A stretch of 55,792 nt of DNA, the filler included, from Asterionella formosa (lineage: Eukaryota), in NCBI GenBank assembly GCA_002256025.1. It is 4 parts of 4 records of this genome, joined end to end, with 100 filler letters (N's around TTAATTAATTAA, not from the genome) between each part and the next. Parts side by side here need not be neighbours in the genome. Positions count along the whole stretch, not along the records: positions 13,979 to 27,856 come from NKIB01006357.1; positions 27,957 to 41,826 come from NKIB01006368.1; 2 more parts are not named here. One strand, 5' to 3'. The notes under the pieces were generated by a model. It did not search any database and had not been told where the DNA came from. It saw nothing but the letters and a program-made list of their open reading frames with translations. Both the position numbers and the translations under genes were made by a program. Numbering within the stretch: the first letter of the stretch is position 1; the number at the start of each line of letters is the position of its first letter. Positions 21,830 to 31,447 of the stretch are shown here, piece after piece.

Positions 21830-23004
21830 GACGTTTGTGTGAGTGTACGTTGCCTTCTCCTCTGTTACCCTGACTTGACTGCTTCACAATTGCAGACTCC
21901 GGGCTGATATCAGCTGTGGGAAAATGAGTACCAATCGGAGGCCCAGCGCGGAAAGTTCCTTCGACGCAATTCAGACGAAGACCAATGATGGAAACTGGGG
22001 ACTCTGGAGTCAACAAACAAATCCAAAAGCGCTTGCTTTGCTTGTGACGAGCCAAGCTAGTTGGGGCTTGCTTCCCATTGAAAGATGAGAAACGATGATG
22101 ATGACAGTTGACATCACTTCCCTGATGTCGCAGGCATATCAACAGGACGTCACATTCTGGAGCGCGCGCTCCAGTTACTACGTTTTGCGCGCTGCTACGT
22201 ACGAACTCCAAGCAGCATCACTACCGGCATGCACGCATAGCCTCGCTGACTTCGTACCCTGGTACACGTATGGTACCTGGTACCCACCTGAAGCACGCGG
22301 TCGCACATTCCATTGGCTCCAAGGGGCTCCGACTCGAGCCGTAAGAACCTGAGTTTTGCCTCAGAGCTAAAGATTCAGTCGAAATTCCATCCTATGTTCT
22401 ACTACAATGATAGAAATAAATTTGATTGTATTTCCATTTGAAATCCTATAATTTACAACAATTACACAAAACCGTTTCACAATGTTTTGAATATTATTGA
22501 TCAATTTACTTGAATAAACTTATTATATCCAACAGAACAGTAGTAGCAGTTCGTGTTTCTGTATTGCTTACATTTGTGGAAGAATGAAAGTAATCTGCCT
22601 AGAACTCAATCACTTCTTTGCCATGGTTGTCAATAATTTATTTGTTGTCCCAGCCTCAATCTTCCACTTCTTTTCAGCTGCCAGGGACTTGATTACATTT
22701 AATCATACAACAAATCAAAGTGGCTGGTTCTAAATGACAACCAGGTAGGATGCTCAATGCATGTCAACAATCATTGAAAAATTTGAAAAATTTGTATTGT
22801 TCACTCATTTCTTTCCAGTTTGAATGGTTCAATTATTTATCTGTGAGACCTATCTGATATTATCAACTACAGATTGTTTGAATGCTTGTATCAAGCATGA
22901 ATTGACGGAGAAAAATGAAAGGATTTGATTGTCAATATTTTTTGTGTCATAATGTTGATGTTTATCATTATAATATTTACTCACATTTGGATCAAACTTC
23001 CTAA

Positions 23005-23810
23005 CTAAACCAAGGATGGCATGTTGACAATTTCGCCAAGTGCAGGGTCCCATTCCTTTTGATTTAATTCATTCTCTTCGAGAATCTTCGATCTAACTGC
23101 AGCGACGGCTGCGGGAGGAAAGAAAGCCAAAAAATCATCAATACTTTGCCTTGCAGAGTCCAATCCTCTCAACACCAATTTTTCCTTCCCAGCCATAGAA
23201 TCTCCCACCTACGTTCAAAAGAACTTCCTTAGTATAATTCACATTACATATGCAGTCGCAACGATTACTTCATCCTCACCTTTAAGTTCGCCACGTCGGC
23301 ACTATCGAAATATTCCAGAATCGTTTGAAGATTCTGGACCACTGACGATCCGACTTCACCAGCACTAATACGCTTGTTGTTATCCTCCAGGTAGGCACTG
23401 GCAGCAATAAATGTATCTGCCAATCGGTAATTTTTCAGCATAAAACGAATAGCAAGCTTGACATTGGCACGTTGGACATCCTTGAACTTTCCCGAGTTGA
23501 TCAAACGAGCTTCTTGCAAGGTGGCTTCGCGGACGCGGAGAATTGTATATAGGTTCGATCCCAATGTTGTTTCACCCTCCGCAGCGACCAGTACGGGGCT
23601 AACAACAAGGGCGGCAATACCAGAGGCAGCAGAGGACATGAAATTCCGTCGACTCATTTCCTCGATGTCCTTCGCCATGCTGAGGTCCGATGAGTGCTTG
23701 TTACCTGTGGTTAATCTCAATGTCAAACACGACGACGAGGCAAAAGCGTTTGACGGTACAGCAAGGAACGCTAAAAGCGCCAAGACTTTGGTGATCAAAT
23801 TCATGTCCAT
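23005..23810 (-). CDS. Plastid thylakoid-lumen protein (PsbQ/MPH2-like helical bundle), 2 exons
   Basis: Exons 23810-23280 and 23208-23005 (phase-0 GT-AG intron). Signal peptide ending SNA|FASS, transit peptide, then the twin-arginine Tat signal MSRRNFMSSAASGIAALVVSPVLVAA. Mature part looks helical. Fold assignment is tentative. Confidence 0.7.
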
Positions 23811-23945
23811 GTTTCTCTTTGTCACTTGTTTACTGTGTTGTAGCGGCTTGAATTGTTAAAAATACCAAAAAAAGTACAATATTGGTTTTCTTCGATTCTC
23901 CGCAAGTATGCTAATCTCCTCCTTGTCGCTGATTCCTCTCCCAAC

Positions 23946-24420
23946 TACCGGTACCGGTACTCTAACCCGGTATGTAATATGAATCCAATGCATGCAAAAA
24001 ATGTCATCGATCAGTACCTGGTCCAGGTACCAGGTACTGGTACATCTTGGTCCTTGTACCTGGTACCTGGCACAACCACAAGATGCTAACAGGTGCCAAT
24101 ACACAAATGATGCATACCTTCCTACACGTGGTATACGTTCCCTGACGTCACTGTCAGTCGCCGATGGCGGCATGCTATCTGGCGGCGAAGAAATCGATGA
24201 GCACCACCCACCATTTACGGACCAGTACCCTGGTACCTGGTGGCAGCTACCGGGTACTAGTACAAGCATTCTTTTGAACGAGTAACAGTACCTGGCACCT
24301 GGTCGTACCGAAAGAAGGTCCGGTACCTGGTACCAGGTACCAGGTACCATGTACACTAACGATGAAAAAAGGAATAAAAAATAGCTACCTGGGATGGTAC
24401 TGGTACCAGGTACCTGGTAC
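23946..24420. repeat. Cluster of self-complementary (GGTACCW)n / TACCGGTA motifs in a divergent intergenic region
   Basis: E.g. GGTACCT GGTACCA GGTACCA GGTACCA at 24322-24349, TACCGGTACCGGTAC at 23946-23960 and GGTACTGGTACCAGGTACCTGGTAC at 24396-24420. Confidence 0.85.
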
Positions 24421-24668
24421 TCGGAGTGACACACATCCACTGGTGTGTGTAGCCCAGCCAACAACAGTAACAGACCTATACGTTGACGTATCACTGATGT
24501 ATCCTGTATGTACTGAATGAGTCTCCACCACACTCAAATCAGAAATTGCTCATGACTCTGAATGAGCGAGCTGGAATCACACTGTTGCCATAACCCGCCA
24601 AAAAGTGATAGGATTGAGTTGCTAATAGAGTCTCCCCTTCAAATTATCTTCTTTATCGTTATACTGCT

Positions 24669-26750
24669 ATGAAGCTGGGAAAGTCGTCCCTACTGGTGAC
24701 TCTCTCGGGCATTCTGGCGACGGATACCCTTGCATTCGTCGCCAGATCAGCCAGAACATTTTCCTCGTTTTCCAGTTGTTCTGTTGCTTTCAAACCTCTT
24801 GCGGTCGACAAAGACTCCTCCTTGTATATGTCAGATGTGCAGGAACAAAGTAAAACGATTGATGAAGTTTCCGATGAACTTCGTCGCGTGAAGGAAGAGT
24901 TTGACGAGAAATTGGCCGCTACTACGACAGTAGTAGAAGCAGAAAACTTGCGTCGGGAATACATGAGCAAGAAAGGACCAGTCAATGATGCCATGGGTTT
25001 CATGCGATTGCTCTCCAATGAGGACAAGCCCAAACTTGGCGCTGTTGTTAATGCTATCAAGTCAGAAATGGAGAATGCCATTAACAGTCAAATGGAGGCT
25101 CTTGAGCTTTCCGAAATTGAATTGCAAATGGAGAAGGACCGTATTGATGTAACTCTGCCCGGATTGGGATATCCTGCGGATGTTGGACATCGTCATCCAT
25201 TAAGTATGACCATGGAAAAGGCTGTAGACATATTTACTGCACTAGGATATGACACTGTCACTGATTGCAATGATACTCCGGAAATCGAGACCGATTACTA
25301 TTGCTTCGAAGCCTTGAATTGTCCCAAAGACCACCCAGCCCGTGATATGCAAGATACATTCTACTTGTCGCAAGATATGGAGTTAATGCTTCGAACTCAC
25401 ACATCATCTGTTCAGATTCGCCAGTTAGAGAATCGCAAGCCTCCGCTTCGCGTCGTTGCTCCAGGGCGCGTTTATCGAAGGGATGACATAGATGCAACTC
25501 ACTCCCTCATGTTTCATCAAGTGGAGATTCTCGCCATTGAAAAGAAGGGAGAACTCACCTTGGGTCACTTAAAGGGCACAGTGGAACACTTTCTTAGGAA
25601 TATGTTTGGACCTAACATTAAGGTTCGATTCCGCGGATCTTACTTTCCTTTTACCGAACCCAGCATGGAGGTAGACGTCTTCTTCGGTGGAAGGTGGCTG
25701 GAAGTTTTGGGATGCGGTATGGTGGATCCTGCTGTCCTGACCATGGCAGGCGTTGACCCTGATGAATACTCGGGCTTCGCAGCTGGTTTCGGTGTGGAAC
25801 GTTTCGCCATGGTGATTCACGGAATATCTGATATTCGGGAGTTCTACAAGAACGATATTCGGTTCCTAGAACAATTTCCATTCTTTCATGACGATGGTAA
25901 GCATGTTTCGTTTTCCAATGGCGGTTGATAAATCCATCGATATTCTAATGAGTTATATTTTTGTTCCTTGCAGGTCTATACACTTTCTTGAATGGGATAC
26001 CTCCTAGTGAAGGACTTCAGGAAGATATGAATGGCAACTTCCCAATGGACTCACTAGAAATCAGCATGGATGAACAAATTGACCAAATTAACAACGCCCC
26101 TGTTGCAACGATAGTTGTACCCGAGGAAAATTCCCGACCGATGGCGGACAAGAAAACCACGGCACCTGCTGGAGAGATTGATGTGTCAAAGTTAGATATT
26201 CGCGTTGGTGTCATCAAAAGGGCATGGGAGCATGAAGAGGCTGATAAGCTCTTCTGCGAAGAAATTGATATTGGTGAAGCTGAGCCTAGACTTATTGCTT
26301 CTGGTCTTCGCGCGCACTACAAAGTCGAAGATCTTGAAGGCCAGCGCGTGCTCGTTCTTGCCAACTTGAAGTCTCGGAATCTAGTGGGATTTCCTTCGCA
26401 TGGAATGGTGATGTGTGCTGCCTCTGGTGACAATGTTGAATTCGTTGAGCCTCCTGTCGATGCTGGTAAGAGAGTCGTTTGGCTAGTCCCAGGCCCTTGG
26501 TGCGATCCCCTTTTTTTCTAACACCTCATCTAAATCTTGTGCAGTTATTGGTGAACGAGTGATGGTAGAAGGGTTTGATGGAGAGCCGGCAACTGAGAAT
26601 CAAATTATTAAAAGAAAGATGCTCGATGCCGTCTTCCCTGATCTCAAGACCAACGCTGCAGGTGTCGCTTGCTACAAAGGAGTTCCGCTGTCAACAAGTG
26701 CTGGCGTTTGCAAGGCCCAGAATGGAATGGCTGGTGCTAATGTTGCATAA
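24669..26750 (+). CDS. pheS: Plastid-targeted bacterial-type phenylalanine-tRNA ligase alpha subunit fused to a C-terminal EMAP II/Arc1p-type tRNA-binding domain, 3 exons
   Basis: Exons 24669-25896, 25974-26465, 26545-26750 (two phase-1 GTAAG...CAG introns). Presequence TLA|FVARS. N-terminal coiled coil LRREYMSKKG. Catalytic motifs GHRHPL, HPARDMQDTFY, LRTHTSSVQIR, GRVYRRD, FHQVE, FPFTEPS, WLEVLGCGMV, GFAAGFGVER. Then KLDIRVG...ADKLFCEEIDIGE...IASGL...LANLKSRNLVGFPSHGMVMCA. Confidence 0.9.
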
Positions 26751-26763
26751 ATAGGAAGATGCA

Positions 26764-27138
26764 TTACAAGAAAATGAGAGGGTCATCAGGATCTTCGGCT
26801 TCCTCCCCGAGTATACATTGTTCGTCGTTTTGGGAATTTTGATTGTTGGCTTGCTTGCTTATTGTCACGCTTAACCTGGATGAAGAGTTCGCCTTGGTGT
26901 GAGCCTCCCAAAGGGCAGATAGGGTATCATGTGGAACTGCACTGTCAACAATCCCATTCATGTTGATAGTAAAGCATTTGAGTGCTGAATCTAGCTCCTT
27001 CATTAGTAGAGCAATATTCGCATAGTCCCTTGCCAGCGCCTCCTCTCCCACCAGGTTGGTATTGTTGGTGTCGTCCTCAGCCGTTTCATCAAACTTGTCC
27101 CGCCCTCGGTTCACTTTAATCTCTTCATCCATCGTCAT
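26764..27138 (-). CDS. Small coiled-coil protein, possible DASH/Dam1 complex subunit Dad1-like
   Basis: 124-aa ORF with ATG start. Central helix IALLMKELDSALKCFTINMNGIVDSAVPHDTLSALW with acidic, disordered flanks. Family call is from remembered Dad1 spacing only. Confidence 0.5.
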   Translation of the reverse strand: MTMDEEIKVNRGRDKFDETAEDDTNNTNLVGEEALARDYANIALLMKELDSALKCFTINMNGIVDSAVPHDTLSALWEAHTKANSSSRLSVTISKQANNQNSQNDEQCILGEEAEDPDDPLIFL

Positions 27139-27856
27139 TATATTTATTGGGTGGTTGGCAGCCTTGGCTGAAGTCTTTATTTTATATTGCTCGATGGTTC
27201 GCCCATAACGACACGAAGATATGGAGAATGAAAAGTAGTGCCATTACGACCAGTACCTGGTACCGGTACCCTGGTACCAGGTAGCAGCGGGGAATCAAGC
27301 ACTGATCTTCCATTGGACTGGCATAAGAATCTTCCACATCAGCATGTGGTATGTGCGTACCTTTATATGTAATGTCGATCTCGTTCCTGTGGTCCTGGTA
27401 TGGTACCTGGTACCCTGGTACTCGGATTACCTGTGGTACCAGGTACCATGGCTGTTTGTATTATCCGCGTCATCTTAGCGCCGGGTCCCGGTGAACGTTT
27501 CCATGCTGGCTTCTGTGCATTATGGTCTACCACTGCACTACTAACTATGTAGCTAATTTGGTTATTGCTGGAGTACCATGTACTAGCTACCAGGATTCTA
27601 CACCAGCGGCCAATGAAGGTCGGCTAATCGAGAGATTTAGTCTTAATCTTTTCCAAAGTAAAAAGTGTTTTACCGGACCTTCCACAGGGGATCTCTGTGC
27701 GCGTGCGATGAGATATGATTTTGATATACTGTGCTAGTATTGACAATTAATTCTACCCCCAATACTACCATTTTTTGCCGTAGTGAAAGCTAGTGCACTA
27801 GTAGTTTACTAGCATGACATACAAAGCATGCACTGGAGTATGGTCTCGATCATTTT

Positions 27857-27956
27857 NNNNNNNNNNNNNNNNNNNNNNNNNNNNNNNNNNNNNNNNNNNN
27901 TTAATTAATTAANNNNNNNNNNNNNNNNNNNNNNNNNNNNNNNNNNNNNNNNNNNN
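27857..27956. other. Artificial contig-join spacer
   Basis: 44 N + TTAATTAATTAA + 44 N. Confidence 0.95.
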
Positions 27957-28655
27957 AGACCATCACCAAGATAATGAGCAATTTCAATACCAATGCCTTT
28001 GTTTACCTTTCGTCTGTAAATAGGAAATTGTTGAGTTGAAGGGTTAAGCAGAATAGTAAACAAGTCAGGAAAATATATTGAAATAACTGCACGTTGAAAC
28101 GAATCTCCTGACTTACATATCAGCACTACTCAACGCCATGACGCCAATTGCTATTGCATGCTCTTTTCCTTCCGCGAAGATTACTACCCCGGCGCCCTTG
28201 TCCAAGCCCATCGTGACATTGCCATCGTCGTCAGTTGTATCTTCAGGCAGGGAACCACCTGGATTGGTCAAACCCGGGCACATAACATTTGCACCTCCCA
28301 ACAAAAAAGGAATCGCACCCTTATCAACTGTTACAGAAGTAAATTCCAAGGTGGGATATTGATGAACAAGCTTGAGAGTCGGCAAAACAGGTCCATCGCG
28401 ATGTTGGAAAAACACAGGAATATCAGACGCGCTGACCCCTTCTTCCTCCGAGTCCACGTGCTGACAGTAAAGCATCAGGTGCGACCCTACCTTGTATTGT
28501 ACAAGAGGTGTCTTCTTGGGAAATAGCTCGTCCAGGATTTCCTCGGTTAATGCTGGGTTCGCGTCGCCAATCTGTGATTTGATGGCTCGTTGCACGGAGG
28601 CTTTCACTTGAGAGGACGTTGAGACATCTGCGGATGGATCGAATTTCCTGAACAT
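27957..28655 (-). CDS. MCTS1: MCT-1/Tma20 translation factor (pre-PUA + PUA), 3' end cut by gap, 2 exons
   Basis: Exon 28655-28117, intron 28116-28014 (GTAAGT...TTTACAG), exon 28013-27957. MFRKF...VKASVQRAIK, FFQHRDGPVLPTLKLVHQYP, VDKGAIPFLLGGANVMCPGLT, AEGKEHAIAIG, NKGIGIEIAHYLGDGL. Confidence 0.9.
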
Positions 28656-29067
28656 TGTGATACTATCTATTGAAGAGAATTGAGTTTAGCGCGGAGATTG
28701 TCTTCAAGGAAATTAAATATTTGTGCGTAGCGAATGCAACATGAACGTCTGAAACGTCAACAAGCAAGGTTTCTGGTTTGTGTCGGCAATGTCAAGGTGT
28801 GCTTGTAATACTCGGGGGCGAAATATGTAGGTCGAAAAAGACTTTTTATGTACTCCGGTTTACAGCATGTAGTATGTTCGTACTTCTTGCGAGTCTTGAC
28901 AGCTAGCCTTTCTTTTCCTGTAAACCAGTACCGGTACACTTATTCAGGTCTACCGTGTTTGTCTAATACCAGTAGCTGGACCGATTCGTGGTCGACTGGA
29001 GAGTTTGTACTTTAGAGGGGGACACCAGTGTGAATTGAAGGATAGCATTCTGAATGAAAATCTATAT

Positions 29068-30789
29068 TTAAAACTCTATGGGTGTGTGGGAAAAGACTTT
29101 TGGGATTGGCACAGAACCGTAGTCACTTACGATTGACACAAACTTCACCGCACCTTCTTCATCTCCCGGAGTAGCTTGGGTATCCAATCCAAACTTTTGG
29201 CAAACAATGTGGATTACAACACCAACAATAATCCCATATTCAACCCCAAACAGTTGAATACATCCAAAAGTTCCAAGGCATATTGCATATTCACTTTGTT
29301 TCACTTTCTTTCGAACATCCCATAGCCACTCGTACATCAAATCAATGCAAATCATGATCAACAGGCTTCCGAAGAAAAAGTTGGGAATAAAAGAAAGGAC
29401 ATTGAACGGGAGAATAAGTACCAATAACTCGCAAAAGGCCAAGACAAATCCAGCAACTCTCGATGTAATTCCTGCTCTCAACGAAAATATACTTTGTGAA
29501 AAGATATACGATCCAGTATATCCTCCTGTCAAACCAGAGACAACGTTGCTGAGACCAACCATGGTTAGCTCACTATTGTAATTTAGAGGCTCGTTCAATT
29601 CCAGCTCAATTGCCGCAACGTCTAGTGAGCTGGACAGTGCAACGACAAAGATCATTCCAATCAAAGTTAGGGCCTGCGGAGGTAGGGCGCTCCAGACGAC
29701 TTTGTCGAATGCAAGGTAGTCCCAAGTATGATACCAGACTGGAGGAGGATCAGAGGGTCTTATCCATCCATATTCTGTTGCTGATTCGACACTCGTGCCT
29801 GTCATGAGTAAGACAGTGTAAAATCCTGAAATTAACAAAAATATGCAGGAAGGCAAGACAGCCATGTGGCGTATTCTTCGAACAAGCAAATATATCAACA
29901 GTCCTCCAATTAGGCCGGGTAAAATGAATTTAGCGTTTTTCCACAGAAATGAAAGTGTAATGCTGGCTCCTCCGCCATTTGCCATCAAGGCAAAACCAGA
30001 AACCCCACAAAACCATCCAATGAAAGCAAGATACCCGGCAATCACAGATACTGGCAACATCTGCACGTACTGTGCCAATTGAAGTTTTCCCAAAATCGCT
30101 AGACCTATTCCTAAGAGTGCTGTAGAAATGCTCAGACCTATTGTCACAGTGGCTAGTAGGGCTTCGTCGTTGTGACCATGACTTTTGCAATATTGCACAA
30201 TATTTGCTGCCATCCCCGATAGGAAAATTAACCCTGCATCTTGCACTTGCCCAACGGCAAACGGTAAGCTTGAGAGTGCGGAAAAACATATCTGGTGCAT
30301 CATACCTGAAATCACCGTCAGCTTGATCAAGACTGGCATGTATGGCCCAAAAGCTTCGTCGCGATAAATGATGCTTCCAAATGACATTAATACCGGAAGC
30401 ACAATAGCAGCATTGATTAATCCATACAGAAACGAAATCCACAACGGGTTTTGCGCTCCTTTTTCTATTTGTTCTCCTCGTTTTGATAGTGCTTCCTGGG
30501 AGTCTTTGGTCACAATGGAATTCTGTGATTGAATTGGTCGAAGCAGGCTGCCTGCGTCAACGATTCGTGGATAATCATACTCGTTTCCGAGCGAACGCGA
30601 TCGATTTCGGTGCATACATCCATCTGAAGGGCTCCGACTGTCTTCAGCATTAGGAATTTTCAGCATGTGATGTGTCACCATGGGCGACAAATGTCCCCAT
30701 TCGAGTTCTTGTGATGGCATTGTCGGTGAACGGCGGAATAGAGCAGATTCTTCGCCAGACACGCCATTACGCTTTTGTTTCTTCTTCAT
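29068..30789 (-). CDS. SulP/SLC26 family anion transporter (Vsb1/YGR125W-like TM core), no STAS domain
   Basis: Multi-TM ORF with SSLPFAVGQVQDAGLIFLS, VIAGYLAFIGWF, FVVALSSSLDVAAIE and ELTMVGLSNVVSGLTGGYTGSYIFSQS. First ATG at 30789 (ORF open to 30825). Confidence 0.8.
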   Translation of the reverse strand: MKKKQKRNGVSGEESALFRRSPTMPSQELEWGHLSPMVTHHMLKIPNAEDSRSPSDGCMHRNRSRSLGNEYDYPRIVDAGSLLRPIQSQNSIVTKDSQEALSKRGEQIEKGAQNPLWISFLYGLINAAIVLPVLMSFGSIIYRDEAFGPYMPVLIKLTVISGMMHQICFSALSSLPFAVGQVQDAGLIFLSGMAANIVQYCKSHGHNDEALLATVTIGLSISTALLGIGLAILGKLQLAQYVQMLPVSVIAGYLAFIGWFCGVSGFALMANGGGASITLSFLWKNAKFILPGLIGGLLIYLLVRRIRHMAVLPSCIFLLISGFYTVLLMTGTSVESATEYGWIRPSDPPPVWYHTWDYLAFDKVVWSALPPQALTLIGMIFVVALSSSLDVAAIELELNEPLNYNSELTMVGLSNVVSGLTGGYTGSYIFSQSIFSLRAGITSRVAGFVLAFCELLVLILPFNVLSFIPNFFFGSLLIMICIDLMYEWLWDVRKKVKQSEYAICLGTFGCIQLFGVEYGIIVGVVIHIVCQKFGLDTQATPGDEEGAVKFVSIVSDYGSVPIPKVFSHTPIEF

Positions 30790-31447
30790 TTTCAAAGCAA
30801 ACGCGCTATCTGCAGGATCAGTCACAGAATGACTAACAATTTCCTATTCATCAGTTGACAAACTTTGAAATGCGAGTGAATAGGATGAACTAGAAGGTGC
30901 TGATGGCTGAACTATTATTGCGACGACAACATGGCGAACAATTGGCTGAAGCAAAAAAAGCAGTTGCGGTAAACTACCGTACCAGTGAACCGGTAGACAA
31001 CAATATAGCGGTGGACTTCCTGGAGTACCAGGTAACGTACCGGTACAGCATATTCATCCGTTCAGCATGAATAATATGTCATCCATTTCATACATAACGA
31101 AATACATGGACTCTCGAATTAGATATAAACCGTCTTTTGTACTTCCAATCGCTCACACATGCACGTGGGGTGCCGGTACCAGGGTAATGCCAGTTCACGT
31201 GTCACCGTGCCTGGTAATAACCTCGTGCCAGGTACCCCTGGTACCGGAGTATCCTGGTAGAGCACGAGGTACCAGGTACTGCCGGCATGCTGATAGGAGC
31301 TACTCCGGAGTACTTTTTATCCGGATTATCGTCTTTCTACAGCCATGAGCGAATAAATAATCGAAAATACCTATGATGTGATACTCGAGTACTTGACTCC
31401 GGTACCGTTAGGTAGTGGGGTAAAATTACCTATTGGTATTATTTTAC

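Noticed and set aside
24322..24420. GGTACC arrays as a CRISPR or cloning (KpnI) artefact
   Set aside because: Units are 7 bp and degenerate, with no repeat-spacer structure and no cas genes, and they are spread through many native intergenic regions.
23856..24533. 225-aa minus-strand ORF with VPGTWYQ-like repeats (similar short ORFs at 31067, 48800, 52714-53022)
   Set aside because: These are translations of the stop-free GGTACCW arrays in promoter regions, with non-ATG starts and no protein-like composition.
24669..25928. pheS as bacterial contamination or recent horizontal transfer
   Set aside because: It has spliceosomal introns, a bipartite plastid presequence and eukaryotic neighbours on the same contig.
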